A stretch of DNA of 64,000 bases from Takakia lepidozioides (taxonomy: Eukaryota; Plantae; Bryophyta), in the NCBI GenBank assembly GCA_030704615.1, contig CM060733.1, positions 37,882,001 to 37,946,000 of the forward strand. Direction: 5' to 3'. The notes below the pieces were generated by a model, which did no database searches, was not told the DNA's origin, and was given only the letters and a program-made list of their open reading frames with translations. Shown piece after piece: positions 13,432 to 28,000 of the stretch (its first letter is position 1; each line of letters starts with the position of its first letter). A program made the translations under genes and the position numbers.

Positions 13432-15394
13432 TATCTATTAGTAAGAGATGATATCGCAAAAACCCAAAAGACAATATGCTATGGACTAATGAAAAATACA
13501 AGTTTTTTGGTGTATAAAAAAGTCCATAGTTTGGTAAAAATTTGAGATTTCCAAACATCTTTCACCTATTGAAACATTGTACAATTTCTACACATGGTTT
13601 TTTGTCCTTATCACAATTGGTTACATTTAGATATGTTTTTTTAGACTCCATAGCACAAAAAAATATGCCAATGACAAAACAATGTTTTGAGATTCAAAAG
13701 TCTATAACATTCTTATAGTTCATCCAATTTGTGAAAAAATTGTTACATTATATAGGTCTCATAGGTGGTATACAATAACCAATGTCCTTTATAATAAAGA
13801 TGAAATATTGTGAAGAAAAAAAAAAAAACATGAAACATAGTCATTAAAAAACTGCCCAATGACGTCCAAACTGAGACACCCTATCTTGCAACTCTCTCTC
13901 ACTCTCTCTCACTCATATTGATCTCACTCATTGTTGTGGATACATTACACGATTTCGTTATGTTTATGCGTCAATTGCAGAATGTGTGATCTCTTGTTGG
14001 CAAATCCACAAACTGTGATGTAACTTCTAATTAAGATGTTTTATTCTCTCTCTCACTGCAATCATGGAGCTGACAAGAAGCAGTTCAAGGCGGGAGGGCA
14101 AGACATAGCTGCTTTGGGAAGGATTGGATGAAGAGGCTGTTCCAGTAGGGTCCATTTTTTTTTTCCGGCTCCGTGGCGAAGCGAAGGATGGTACGAAATG
14201 AGTATGGACGACTCACGCAACATATTAGAAATAAGATTCACGTCTGTTTCTGATTTCTGTCACGCAATCGTATTAGTTAGTAATGCAACTTCAAACTGTA
14301 ACCAGTTCTTTTCAAGACACTGGATGTATAACAGGACCTCTCTGAATGTATTATAGGGGAGTTGGGAGATATTAAGCCATCAGATGCCGACAGTGAGTTT
14401 GAGGATATCCTCAAAACGATTGACAACCTCCACTAGCAAGGTACAAGACATTCATGAACACAAGATTCATCGCTGCAAGTTTTTTCGGATTAATTCCAAC
14501 TTATTCACAATACACATTATCTACCATGACAACAAGTTTAACAGATTGCATAAACGACCAAAAAATGGGTTTGTTTCCAAACAACATTCATACTACAAAT
14601 CTGTTTACTACTTCAAGACAGAGACACGAAACTGGTCAAAATGAAATGAAATAAATGTTCCACTTTTGTTAAAACACTTGAATACATTTCATTTTTTTCG
14701 GACATTATTCTCTGAAATCATTAGTACTAGTTTTAGTGTAGAAAAAGGAGTATGGTGGCATAGTGGTATGTCTTTGTTGTTACGTCATCGTTAGACACGT
14801 CACCTTCATAATTTCTTTAAGCAGTAAAAAAGAAAAGAAAACTGATTGTTGAATTTCTTTGTCATATCTGCTCTATTATTATTTTTCTTTATTTGTTTTT
14901 TTTGTTTTTTTTTTCACATATTCAATATATATCTTACAATATTTTTAAATATCAAGTTTTGATCAAAACCAACAGTCAGCTTAAGCAAATGTGGGTACAA
15001 TTGGAGCACAAAAAATCAATGGTTTGCCCAGTTTCCAGAACCCTAAAAAATTCAACCATTTGGGTTTGCGGTTAGTATGTTTCAATTTACTAAAATATTA
15101 CGATCTAGTACATATACATGTTATTGAATATGATAATGATAAAAGCTAATGAAATGTTAAAATTCTTAATATGAAAATTTTGTCTCTTATCTATATTTTT
15201 AATAATAAAAATATGATATATTAATATATTATAAATACATATAACAAACTCTATCATAGATGTTACATGTAGATTTATTTAGTCTCTATGTTTAAATATT
15301 TTAAATTTACTTGCTGAGATTTTGACTTATAAAGCCACTTCTTTTTATGGATACTACTCCATATCAAATGTGGGTTTTATACATAATATATAAG

Positions 15395-18300
15395 GTTTCT
15401 CAAAACCACTTCATCGAATGGTGTGTCCTATTTTGGCAGATCTAGGTACCACCCATAGTCTCTGAAATGCGCCCTGCTCCAGTCTCCGGCAATACCAGCC
15501 GTGTACATTGTCTTGTCATTGGAGGGGTCAGCCCATGAGTAGATGAAGTCAGGGTCATCGCTAAGGTACTTTCCCGGTATGAGGACATGATACATGTACC
15601 TGAATCACACAGACAGTCATTCGATTTGAACAGCTTACCTCATCATAAGGGTTTTGGAAAGCAGATCAGAAACCCCTCGAAAGGAACATTTATCAGCTCG
15701 AATCAACCTTGCGTCAAGGAAATCCCGAGCTGACAAGGAAATCCCCAAACGTTGAGAACTGCACTTTCAATGAACACTTATCAGATGAAAAAGTCCATTA
15801 TCACAATCCATCGCATGCAAAACTTGGAAGCCCCAATCAACATTGCGTTGACGCAAGGTTGATTGGCGGATCCACATGTGATAATGTTGCATGAAAAAAG
15901 ACAGGGATCGCCAAGTGGAATTCAACATTGCGTTAACGCAAGGTTGATTTCATGTACAGTAGAAATGGAAAACATTGCTAGGAAACAACCCTCCGAAGAT
16001 CTGTTCATATGGAGTTTCAACCTTGCGTTGACGCAAGGTTGAATACCTCTGCCAAAAACACCTGTCCATGGTGTTTGATGACATTAACCACCCTACAATA
16101 TTATGGAAATTGTGCGATTTCAGCGGGCCCTATCTTGCAATCCAAACCGTCAAACAACGTTGCGTCAACGCAAGACTGTTTGGCGGTAAAGTAGAAGCCC
16201 TAAACATCGTTTCACTCCAGACAAACTTCATGTTCAGTCTGGTAGAAACGGAACCAGAAACGATAGCGAACAAAAACATAAGCCAAAGAATTCAGGAAAA
16301 CATTATGAGCCTTGAAAAATTCATGGCCCTCCATCAACCTTGCGTTGACGCAAGGTTGATTTGCCTTACGGTTAGTGCCCTTTAACAGGCTAGAATGCAT
16401 AAAACGACACCACCGGAGACCCCACGTACAGCCAAAACCACACATGCATGAAGATCAAGACATGGGCATTGCAACCGCGAGACAAGCTTGCGTTGACGCA
16501 ATGTTGCGCGGCTTTACTTCCACATCCCTGAAAACTCCCTGAAGACCTGCAAATTCGAAGTTCTCCATAGAAAACATGACACAAGAATATTGAAACACGC
16601 ACCTCTAGCAACACACCAGTTTCTGGGAGGTCAAACCTGTACAACACTCGTTTCATTGCTTGCTCGCTGTTGTACTGGTTTTTGAATTCGTGGGATCTGG
16701 AGATTCTTTTGTCTCTCTCAAACTCCCTAAAGAAGCAGTTGTTCCAGACAGCGAGCTTCCATCTCCTGATATAGGCCTCCAGTGTGATCTGGGGTTGAGC
16801 CATCTGGATTTTGAAGTCTGCCATTGACTCCCCAAGTGCTGCCACCGCTCGTTTTTCCAACTGCAGCAAGAATGATCATAAGAATTTGGGAGAGAGCACG
16901 AATGTGCACAATCATTCCAAAATGGTTTTGCAAATGCCTTACCTGGCTCCAGAAGGTTGCTTTGTGCAGCCACTGGTCGAATGTGTGGTCGCTCACAACT
17001 TTTATTGCTTATGTTTTCGAGTCCCTCTCAGGAGTTGGGAACATGTTGGTGTCTCTCACAAGTGGATCCGAATTCCAGATCTCCAACCACCTGATTTTGG
17101 TTGCATTGTCCACCATTGATATGGAAAGGCGATGCAGTTTCTCTTGGGTCATTTTTGGCTTGGAGCCATACTTGTCATAGTGTGCTTTCACCTGCTCCAG
17201 AAATTCCGTGCCTAGACTTAAGATTTGCTATGCGGATTTGTTTGTCGAACGCACTCATGAGGTTCTTCCTTTGATTGTTCATCTCAAATCTCATAATGTC
17301 CTCAAGCCCAGTTGCAGACCTCTGCTCTTCTATGTGGGATGCATAGTATTCTGCTTTCGCCTTCAAGCCAGTCTCTACTATTTCTTGCTGCATACATTGC
17401 CAATGTAAAACATCAAACATAGGCGTTTTTTGGAAAAATTCACCCTGACAACAAACAAATAGATGTCAAGAAGATTACCGTGTACATGTAGTCAAGAAAA
17501 GCCTCCCTTGTCAGGCTGTACCATGTGCTTGTCTTCTTTTCACCACACCTCTTCATCTGCTGAGGACTAAGCACGTTCGTAAATGACTCCACTGGCATCA
17601 ACCCTATCTCTGGATATGGAATAGAGTGTGGCAGAGATTGGTCGTCACATGCAAGGTTTCATTCGACCTGAAAAAATCTTCAACTTATAAGACGATCTCC
17701 AATTGTGAAAGCGCAGATCGGGTGGAAACAAGGTTGATAACTTACTTGTTTATGTCGTGCATGGCTGTCAAAAGCTGCGTGACACGTCCTTTGTAATCGA
17801 GTACCATGGAAACCACGCTCCAGTGCCATTCGATCTCGTTTGAGTGCAAGCTTGAAATGTAATCCATCCAGGCAAGCAGTCTATGGTTCCCGTCCCAGAC
17901 AAAAAACATCTTTCCCATAAACGCTTTTGTCGAGGCCTTTTTGGACAGCTTGGCCTTGAACTCCCTGTTCACTTCCCGCCAGCATGCATCCCAACTTTGC
18001 TTGATGTCCTCTATTACAAGACACTCTTCTCCTTTCGTATTCATTGTGGATACATAGAACACTGCAGATCCCTTAACATGGCCGTGAACAAAATCGTTCT
18101 TCAACTTCGTGATGTCGTTTTTCAATGCGGGTTGAACAGCGGGCATAGAAATCATCCTGCACAGTGGGATAAGGAGGTTGCCTCCTTGAACCTCCATCGA
18201 CAAAATCACCTTGGAGGAGTTCACTTTCTGCCCCCCCCATTACCTCCTCGGCCTTGTCTTCATAGTGTTCGTCAAATGCGTCTTCCTCACCATCACCTTC

Positions 18301-19221
18301 TGCCACTGCCACATCTCCACCCACGGCTTTCATTTTTCTTTTCCTCTGCAGAGAATGAATATCCATGTGAGTGACCAGCTGCCTAAATAGACAGATCGAG
18401 CTCCCATGAATCAACCTTGCCTTGGCGCAAGGTTGATTCATGGGGTTGCAACTTAGTCTGAAATGCGTCCCGGAACACTCTAATGAACCCACTAAATGCT
18501 TTGCGTTAACGCAAGGTTGTTTTGGGGGGTTCAAGCAATCTACTTCATCTACCTTGCGCTTCATGAAACTGGATTTTGGAGGCTGGGAGTGCACATAAGA
18601 AGCACCCAAATCAACCTCGAGTCAACGCAAGGTTGATTCGAGGGCTGCATCCGCTTCGTTTCGTACCCAAAACAGACACCTTGGAGGTCGACATCAACCT
18701 CGCGTTGACGCAAGGTTGATGTGGAGCTCCCAGTTCCGCATTCAACAGACAGAAAAAACAAAAGCCAAATGAGGGTTGAGGATCAACCTTTGGTTTCTTC
18801 TTCGCAGCACTTGATGATGCTTCAGCAACATTCATCTTTTTCATGGGGTCTGGAGGCAGCATGCTTCCAAGCAGATCCGGGTGGTAGGAAACAGCGGCAG
18901 ACGGCATCGTATCCGCGCCCTCCTCCCCTCCCTACTCTTCCATGGCTTGGTTCTTCTCTCGCAACGCTTCTTCTCGAGCCCAGTTGACTTCCTCGTTGTC
19001 CCCTCCCTCGATTGCAGGTTGCTCTTCGGTCGCCTCCGGCTCTGCTTCAAGGCTTCCTCTCCAAACTGTGGTTGCAGATTGTGTAGCCCTTCGTCTTCGT
19101 CTCCGTGGGGGGTTTCCTCGCCCATTCGCAGTTCCCGTCTCACCTTCCTCATCTTCCTTAGCACGTGCCCTTTGCTTGTTTGATGTGAAATATAATGTTC
19201 GTCGGCGCCTTCTTCTCCCAC
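15395..19221 (-). pseudogene. 5' half (ParB/Srx-like domain) of multi-exon ParB-methyltransferase gene, copy A
   Basis: Exon ~18350-17746 encodes LIPLCRMISMP...FFVWDGNHRLLAW (ParB/Srx DGxHR motif). Further exons (17667-17480, ~17390-16640, ~15600-15395) align with 54.9-57.2 kb and share intron positions. Stops and frameshifts present. Confidence 0.75.
15700..16510. repeat. Palindrome family P1 (TCAACCTTGCGTTGACGCAAGGTTGA), ~7 copies in an intron; ~4 more at 18410-18720
   Basis: Copies near 15837, 15922, 16017, 16155, 16334 and 16485 (partial at 15703), and near 18411, 18500, 18611 and 18693. Confidence 0.9.
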
Positions 19222-19558
19222 GGGATGGCGTGACTGTCTCGGCAGAATCCAGGGTTGCAGTGAGGAGAAGGAGAAGAAGGAAAAAAATGGCGCTACGGGA
19301 GGTTCATCGGCAGGCCATCCGCGCCAAGATAATCGCTGGAAACGTCCTCATCGCCACATACCACATGCATGGCGGACACGTGTCCAGTTTTCCGTTAACA
19401 ATATCGCCGGAAAACATCCGCAAACTTAATTCTTGGGTATCCACTTTTGGGGTGGTTCGGAGGACATTGCAATTGGTACAGTTGTACAGCTGTTCAGTTG
19501 TCGTTAAACATTGAATGGAAATGGGCAACTCATCTGCCCTCCCTGACATAACAGCCAA

Positions 19559-20148
19559 TTGGCGGATATGACATTCAAAATTGCGGGATTCGATGTCCAG
19601 GACAGTGGTGGGGCAGATGTGGAAAAACAGTTGGCTTTTCGGTTGGAGAATGGCACTCTATTCCTTGAGAGGGAAGTGTACGATGCCAATGGAAATTTGC
19701 TCAAGTACGCCTTCCAGAAACCTTCGCAGACTGCACAAACCACACAATGGAGAGTGCCTCCAGGCAGATACAGGGTGCTCAGTGCTCCTCGACGACAGTC
19801 TACAGGATCGTTCCTTACTCCTAGAATGGCAGCATCAGTGGCCCAGGAGAAAACACCCGTGGTTGTTAAGAAGGAGTCAAGTAACGTTAACACTGTCGTG
19901 GAGCTTTCGGACTTCTCCTCCGAGGACGCCTGTGAAATACCACCAGTGGATCAGCCATGTCCAGATCAGGAAGCCGATGTGGAGGAGATCACCAGTGTCA
20001 TTCCCAAACTGAAAGCCATGCGTGGGATGGCAGGATTCAAGAGTGAGTTGACGGGCATTGACTGGAGCACTTTCAATGTTCAGCATGTGGCATTCTTGCC
20101 GGAATCATTTGATGGTAATATTATTTTCGAGCTGCCTCCTCTGGGTCG
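19559..20148 (+). pseudogene. N-terminal fragment of Mutator-like transposase
   Basis: EREVYDANGNLLKYAFQKP...WRVPPGRY...RRQSTGS...VAFLPESFDGNIIFELPP aligns with 25070-25630 (EKEIYDLEGNVQRTLFQKP...WRVLPGKY...VPFLPPSFDGDILFELNP). Breaks off at 20148. Confidence 0.85.
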
Positions 20149-22077
20149 AGTAACGACAACGCCGCGGCACTTGCCCCGCTTGCTGAAAAAGACATTCAGG
20201 AGAGAATCATTCAAGCTCTGGCTGCAAAAGAGCCTGAGAAATCGGCTAGTCCAAAACGGAAGGGGAAGATTGCCGGGGATGCAAAGGGGAAGGGGAAGAA
20301 CGCAGCTACGCAGGAATAGGGCCCCTCATAGGCCGCTGACATGCAGCCTTCTCCAAATAGGAGGGATAAGATAACACCAAAGTCGAGAGAGCAGCCTTTC
20401 GAGGCAAGAGAGCATCCATCCAGGGTTTTGGGCCAGTTCCACCGTAAAGGTGATGAATGAAAGTTTTCTGGCAATGATGGAATCCAAGAAGTCAACATTC
20501 AAAGGGGTGTCGTCGAAATCATGGGACATGCTTGTTTCGTTCCTTACTCAGATAAGCACATATGTCTTTACTATGGCATGAATGATTTTGTTTTGGCAAC
20601 TCGTTTTGACTTAGCAACAAGATTGATTTTGTATTGGGTTTCGATTAGGCTTGTGACACTGTCTTTTGTTTTTTGGTACAGGTCACAAAAAGGCCTGATT
20701 GGCTGAATGGAGTTTAGCAGGCGTATGCGACTGACCTTGTGGTCTTGTCCATTCTTGACGGTTTGCCCATCCCTAATGTGTTACCTTCCAATGCAACCCC
20801 TACGTGGAACAAATCGGATTCTCGTTACTGGCAGTGGGCTTTCTCATTCAGCAACAAATTCCTTTCTGACTCAAGGGCTCTTCTTCTCATGCAGTCAAAG
20901 GACATGTTGGCACGGAGAACTTTTTTCAGCTACATGAAAGCTTCCGGGTTTCGCGTCATCAAAACTTGGACATGCATCAACACACTGCCTCTTACGAAGG
21001 GCGAGTTCCCGGGGCAGAAAGTGAGTTGGTTCCTATCAATGAAACTTTCGTGCTTCTCCAGAAAGTATCAAAAGTAGGTTATGTCTTTTTGCTCATGCTC
21101 TCTTCGAAATTTGTGGCAGACTCGGGTGTTCGAAGCTTTGTGCCTGGTGAGGGTGCCGAAGGACACCCTTCCTCCTGGTATTGCTGAGTTCCAATTGAGG
21201 GACCTTGCAGCTCACATTGACCCCACCTGCGAGCCTGTCGAGGATGATGTCATCTTCAATTACGTGGCCTCGGGTCACACTACAAAAAGGTCGAATGGTG
21301 TCCCTTAGAGAGGTGCCCGGGAGAAATCCCCTGCTTCATGCAGACTTTGGTGGAGACATGCAACCGTCACGGTGGTCGAGTGGTTGACTTGTCTATTGGC
21401 ACAGGTGGGGCCCTGAACTCTGTATTTGAAATATGGACTGTGGCAGCTTCAATATACAGAGGGAAGCCCTGTTTTAATTTCTCATTCGTCTTCAATTTGC
21501 AGGAGCATCTTTTCATGCGTGCAAAAACGCCGGAAGGCACTTCTTCGGCATGGAGGCTGATTCGGAGCTCTTCTCAAGCGAGCTTCATCAGCTTGAGTCG
21601 GGCTCTACTTCTGCCCCATCCACAGAGGCAGTTCTGGAGGAGCCCGAAGCGCCTGACGAGGATCTGGACGTGGACTCTGATTTTGAGTGTGAGTAAGTTC
21701 AGCTTCTTGTCGTGAAATAGATGTTGCATTCCCTTGTGTCATTCCCGTTCGACAGATGGTTGCTTCCATGGCATATTTCTGGATGATGACATCTATCACC
21801 ATTCCTCTTCTTGCTTTCCAGAGTGCGGCACCAATCATCGAATCAGCAAACACCTTTCGGTTTCCAAGGATGCTACATGACCCGGAGTCCCCCTCAAGTT
21901 TACCGCTCGCCTGTTTTCGCAGAAGCATGCGCACGAGTGTTGTCCCAACAAACAATGTATTCGCCTCTCTATGGGGGTCATGGAAGAAAAAAACGTCATG
22001 GACGGGCTGCTGTGTTCATAGATGATATTGTTGCAGACTCTGGAAGTGGTTCGTCTGAAACCTCCAGTAGTTTGTGA
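20149..22077 (+). pseudogene. 3' half (N4/N6 DNA methyltransferase-like domain) of copy A
   Basis: Exons read TDLVVLSILDGLP...WQWAFSFSNKFLSDSRALLLM, then RGAREKSPA.MQTLVETCNRHGGRVVDLSIGT|GASFHACKNAGRHFFGMEAD (intron 21405-21502). Collinear with 57.2-59.3 kb. Confidence 0.75.
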
Positions 22078-22649
22078 GGTTCATGCACAGAGGCTTAATA
22101 AATTGTGTTTTGGTGTTGCAATCATTGCCAACCTGTTCTACAAATTCTTCGCGCGTTCCGGAAAGTACATTTAGGGATTGCCTGATGTACGTCTAGAGAT
22201 TCCAGCATTGGAAAATGTTTGTGGGTTGGAATGAAGGAACTACGTTGCAAAAGAAGGCTTTGTTGTCAATTTTCAATCCCCTAGCGGGGGTTCTTCTGTA
22301 TCCAAAATCATGTCCTAAATCCTAAACCATCCACAAACCTTCCATTGTTCCTCGGCCGAAAATAATATTAATGTGGGGGCGATCAAGACCGTTCAAAAAA
22401 TAAGGACATAGGCGCCATTCGTTCCGCGGAAATGGGGGGGGGGGGGGGGGGGAACGGAATTAGGCCCTGCACACGTGGATGCTTGCTAACATGGCATGAG
22501 CCTGGCCAGGCTCACAGGCTCACGCGCAAAGCATTCCCCACATTTTCGTGATCTTGCACCTACCAGAATTGAGGAATCTGACAAAGGATCGGAACAGACG
22601 AACATCGGTTCTCCAAAACAACATACATAACCCTACTTTCCTATCAACT

Positions 22650-23945
22650 AGAATTGAGTGCGGTGGCGAAGTTATTTTTTGGACACCTTCCAGGACATCT
22701 ATGAAATCATGTTCATTGCAGGCACTCCGTCTCTACTCAGTCAATGGCTCCTCTGTCACTTCCTCTTCAACATTGTGTGCTTCATTCTAGAGGCAGAAAC
22801 TGAGTGCGCCACCACACTCAAAACTGTACAACTTTACATTCAAATAAAAACCGGATATTCCATCTCACAAATTGATATTTTACTCACCCAAGTCCGCTAC
22901 AAAAAATTGGGTACGGCGGCGCATTCAATTCCGGGCCTCACTCCGTCTCTCATTCAACAGATTCCATATCAACTTCGACTTACCTACTGTCTTCAAAGAT
23001 CGGCAAGTCCTCTGTTAAAACTGAGTGCGCCACCACACTCAGTTTCCAGGGTGTTCTGATGTTTTTCCCACAAGTAAAAAAGAATGCTTTCCAATTTCCA
23101 CAAACATTTTTACCTTATGATTCATCTCAGATATCATCAAATCAACAATCTACAGGTGGTCAAAAAACTGAGTGCGGTGGCGCACTCAGTTCTGGGAGCC
23201 CTCCACTCTTTCTGCCTGCTTCCCGTTGCAAACACACCAGGGTCTTTACCTCTATCCACAAAGATGGTCGACCACACCACAACTGAGTGCGCCACCGCAC
23301 TCAGTTTCTAGGTTAGAGTTACTCTCATTCTGACAACTCAAAAGAGATCTCACTTTGAATGAAACACACTTTCTAACTATCGTTTCACCTCTCTCATAAG
23401 CAAATTGACCATTCCATGGTGTTCAGAATCTGAGTGTGGTGGCGCACACAATTCTGGGAGTCCTCCATTCTGTCTGCCTACTTTCTGATCAGAGTTCACC
23501 GGGGTCTTCACCTCTGTCCACGAAGATTGTCGACCACAACTCAGAACTGAGTGCGCCATTGCACTCAGTTTCCAGGCTAGAGTTACCGTTATTCTCACAA
23601 CTCATAAGAGATCTCACTATGGAATAAACACACTTTCTAACTATCGTTCACCTCACTCATTAGCAAATCAATGATTCCATGGTGCTCAGAAATTGAGTGC
23701 GGTGGCGCACTCAGTTCTGGGTGACCACTCCACTGTCTCTCGGCCCTAAACTCTGAACATCACCTTCCCAAGCGATCGCCTAGCATCCCTTAAAAACGAG
23801 TGTGCCACCGCACTCAGTTTCCCCGTGTCCCTCTCAGTCTTTCATTGCAGATCTTGTTGCCTCTAAGACTTAAGTATTCACCTCAGCCCACAACGGAAGT
23901 GATAGAACTCCCCTCAAAACTGAGTGCGGTGCCGCACCCAGTTTT
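22650..23945. repeat. Palindrome family P2 (AACTGAGTGCGGTGGCGCACTCAGTT), ~11 copies with a ~265 bp higher-order repeat
   Basis: Copies near 22652, 22799, 22907, 23019, 23166, 23281, 23430, 23545, 23692, 23796 and 23918; loop orientation largely alternates. Confidence 0.9.
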
Positions 23946-23967
23946 CAGGGGATCTCTCATATCCTAT

Positions 23968-24369
23968 CTATTCACTTGGTACCACAGTCTTGCGAGGTTC
24001 ATACAGATTGGGAGGAGGATCACCTTGGGTTTGATGACACCACTTCCCAAAGCCTCTTCTTCCTGAGGCCTCACTGCCACCTTTGGTGTCGATGCCCATG
24101 TCATGCACATCGGTCTCCGGGGCAGTCTCCTCCTCTTCCCTTCTGCCCTCCATTTGAGGCTGGACCTCCTCTGTCATCTGTTGTGATTCCTGGGTGGACG
24201 TATCCTGTGCAACCTGCTCATGCGCGTTTTGCAGATTGTGCAACTTTCTCATTCTGACTCGCGCGTTTTTCCTCTCTCTCACACTCGTGAAGTAAAGGGA
24301 CTGCCTTCTACGTCTTTTTCCTATGTCTTCTCTCTCACTCCCGCAACTCTCCAGCTTTACTAACAACAA
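23968..24369 (-). pseudogene. Charged low-complexity ORF divergent from the transposase; possible first exon of a truncated ParB-MTase gene
   Basis: Same position and orientation relative to a transposase as 18841-19221; shares basic tracts and LHNLQ; followed by a palindrome array. Confidence 0.35.
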
Positions 24370-25001
24370 TAGAGAAAGTAAGGAACCCTCATAAGCCGTC
24401 AGTTATGCATGTGGTTAGCGACGTGCGTGTCTGCCTTCTAACCCCCCAAATGGATCGCTCTCACTGGCTGCGGTTTATTGGGCGCCCCTATTGCCATCAA
24501 TAAGGCCGTTTTCTTCAAATGTGGATGTTTGGTGATTTGGATGAAATATTGCGCGCATGAGACCTGTCATCGCCCTCTCATACACGGATTTTGCCTTCTT
24601 CGGAAACAAAACATACATAACGTCAAGAACGCCATCTCCGCGTTCATCCGGGGTCGGATATTTCCCGGGTTCAGCACTCAATGCACTGTCCGGGTTCACG
24701 TTGTGGAACGCCATCAAACACACATTGGATTGTCATATCCAAGACGGCGCCGTCTTTTCCCGGTGCTGTGACACTAACAAAATAAACAGTTTTGTTCCCT
24801 TCTCCATCAATTTGGCAACTGCCAATTGTTTTGGAGGTATGGTTCAATACACTTGACCGTTATTGGTTGATGTGTGGGGTCAATTGTACAACTGCCTCTT
24901 GCCTTAGCAAACACTTTTGGGATGTGGCAATCGCTTTCGGAAGGTTATTGCCTGTCCATGTCGCACAGATGTATTGGCACTCACCATCGTATCTTGACCA
25001 C

Positions 25002-28000
25002 ATGGCTTCTCCTAATGACGAGGCCTTCGTCGAGTTTCAGTATACTGAAGAACCTTGCCCTTTCAGTGCTGCGGTTGAAGATGATGGTTTTGCTATGGTG
25101 GAGGAGCATGTTCTGGCAGCAAGGTTCAAGCTGGATATTGGCTGTGTTTCTGTCGAGAAAGAGATTTATGACTTGGAGGGAAACGTTCAAAGAACGTTGT
25201 TCCAGAAACCGCTTGTTGCACAGAAACACAAGGAATGGAGAGTTCTTCCTGGAAAATATTGTGTGTTCCGAAGTGAAAGAAGACAATCCGGTGGCTCCAT
25301 TGTGACTCCTGGGACAACTGCCTCTGTCGTTCAAGGCAAGCGGCATGTGACTGTGAAGCGGGAGGACACCACTTCAACAACTTTTGTCACACTGTCGGAT
25401 TCCTCGGATGATGAATTCGCGGAAATACTGGCTCCCATGAACCGTCTTCTTGAAGGGGACGTCGATGTTCAGGAAATCGTTAGCGTCATTCCACATCTTA
25501 AAGCATTGTCAGGAAAACCAGGATCCAAAAACGAGATCGCAGGGATACTGTGGGATTCATTCGCAACAAAAAGGGTTCCATTCCTTCCACCTTCCTTCGA
25601 TGGTGACATCCTCTTTGAATTGAATCCACCAACTTGTGCTGGGGGTCTCGCAGGTCTCTTGCAAGGAATGGATAAAAAACATGACGACCATCCATGGTAC
25701 AGAACCAAAACGTCCAGTATCCACAACGATGTAAACTTGAAATTCCGAAGGAGCGTTTGTGTGGGGCATCTGAGATGTGTGAATGGAAGTTGCCTACATT
25801 TCACGAAGAGCGGTGCTAAAAATGAGAATGAGTGGGAAGGACTCTCTGACAATCCTTTTATCCCAAGTTGTGCCCCACTGTCTGCCAGTACATTTGTTTG
25901 TAAGTTCTGCAAGGTGGCCCCCTCCTGCATTGCACATTGCCCTGCTCGCATGTACTATGTTACTCCCCGTTGCAAAACCATGACTTGAGTCTACATCCAT
26001 TTTGGGACTCACGACCATCCTGTATCTCACGGCGATTGCAAAGATAGTGTGGAGTTGGCGCGTGGGCTTGTCGCGGAGGAGTTTGCAAAGTCCCCTTCAA
26101 CCAAACCATCTTCCATAGCGCTGGCTACCAACAAAAGTTTCCTGGAGAGGCACATTCTGGGGCAACGAAGCGAATCCAGCTCAAGACTTGAGGGGGCGTC
26201 TTTGGATGCAGTGATGGATCACTTCTCCGTGTTGAGCTCCCCTAATATTAGGAATCAGGTGAATGCATTGAGAGTGGGCGGTGGAAACACAGGGTCCATC
26301 GACAACATTATGGAGCTTAAGCGAATAAGTCAATATGACTTTATCCAATCTAGCGTCTTCCCGGGTCACGGGTCTTCAAAGGTTTACTTGTTCAAGATGT
26401 CTACGGTGGGCGAGGGCAGTGGCGTCAGCCTGGCTAGACGTATGCAACCAGGGGGGGATCTGGAGAAAGCCTGGATGATGTTCGATCATTGCAAACGAGT
26501 GAAGGGCTGGACAACCATGTCTTGCCATGTTTACGACTTGAACTACCAAAGAATAATGACAATTGCCATCTGTGACATGCAGTCTGAAGATACAGAGTTC
26601 TAGATGATAATGTGGAATTGTTTGCTTTTAGTCATGGAGTCCAATGGACATACAGGCATAAATTTCAACGGGTTTATGGCGGATAGTGCACAGGCTAACT
26701 TCAACGTTGTGCGCCGAGTTTTTGGATCTGGTGATCCAAAGGTACCCATGCCTAATAGGGAGCGCACATGTCTATTCCACTGGACTCAGTCCCTGGAGAA
26801 ACATACGAAGAGGTGCATCAGAAGAGATCTGCAGGCGGAGCACATGAGGCTCTGCTTCATGTAGAATGCGACTACAATGGAAGAGGCTGAGACCAGGTAC
26901 CAGACAGTGAGAGCATGGTGGTTCTCGTCAGGGGCTACTGATCAGGACGGTGTCAAAGAATTGGAAGACTGGTTGGTCTTCTCGCACTTCAGATACCGGC
27001 AATGGGGGGCTTTCATGACTACTGTAAGTTGTCTTTCACCTCTGCAATCCCTTATATGTGCCCAGTTTCTTTCCTTGTTCCCAAAACGGCCCGCGCTTGC
27101 ATGAATGACGCTCTTTCATTTTCCTTTGACAGGACATGTCCCTTGAGGACATTGCGGACATGCCATCCTGCAACCGTTCACGCCGCCTGGAAACAACAAT
27201 CTGGCAAAGCAGGAAGAGATCTCTACATTGCTACAACAGATGATCTGGTACGAGCTCTAACCCAGCAAACAAGATATCGTGATTTCCTCAGGGGGCGATG
27301 TGGGGGCAAGGGACCGGATACAGCAGAGTTGATGCTGAGGGCTGTAAAAAGGTCCGGGGATCCAACGACGATGGCAAAGGCAGTGCACAGGTGCACAATG
27401 GGCTCGCCTCTCCAATCAAGGGAGCCCCATCTGGAAGGAGAGGAAAGGTTCGGGACTTGCAAACGCAAGCTAAATACACCTCCAGGATCGGATGGGGATT
27501 CACATCGCCATGACAGAGACAACTTCTCTGTACCCAAAGATTTCTCCACTACAAAGTATGGCGTCCAGTAGGAAAGAGGCTGCTGGTGCATCCTCTTCCA
27601 CAGAGACCTATCCTCTGCCTGCAACCCCTGTAAATGCGGGTTTCTAGCAGGACCGCAGGGGGGCAGTGCAAGAGTCACCTTCTGCTGACTCCGAATGGCA
27701 CATCGAGCGGACTACTCCAGGGTCTAGAGTTGGCTGCGCAGTAGTGAGGGCCATTAGTTATGAAAAGTGTAAGTCCAGGATAGCCAAAGGCTCAGCGGGT
27801 ACTCCAGCTCCGACGTTCACAGGTTTGATTCGGCCATATATGTCGAAGGAGTTGAAGACGCACAAATTCTAGTTCTGCCCGGACGATATGGCTCGATGTG
27901 TGAATGGTACCGTCCGCGACTCCTACATTGCTAAGCCTCCCCGTGCGGGTGGGAACCTCCCTAACAGCACTGAAGATTGGCAAGTTGGAGGACGCCGGCT

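Noticed and set aside
19559-20374. 271-aa ORF as a real gene
   Set aside because: It is a chimera across the inversion junction at 20148/9; the C-terminus is an off-frame reading of the MTase gene.
22434-22452. Poly-G run as a G-quadruplex element
   Set aside because: Single homopolymer of unreliable length; not present at the equivalent place in copy B.
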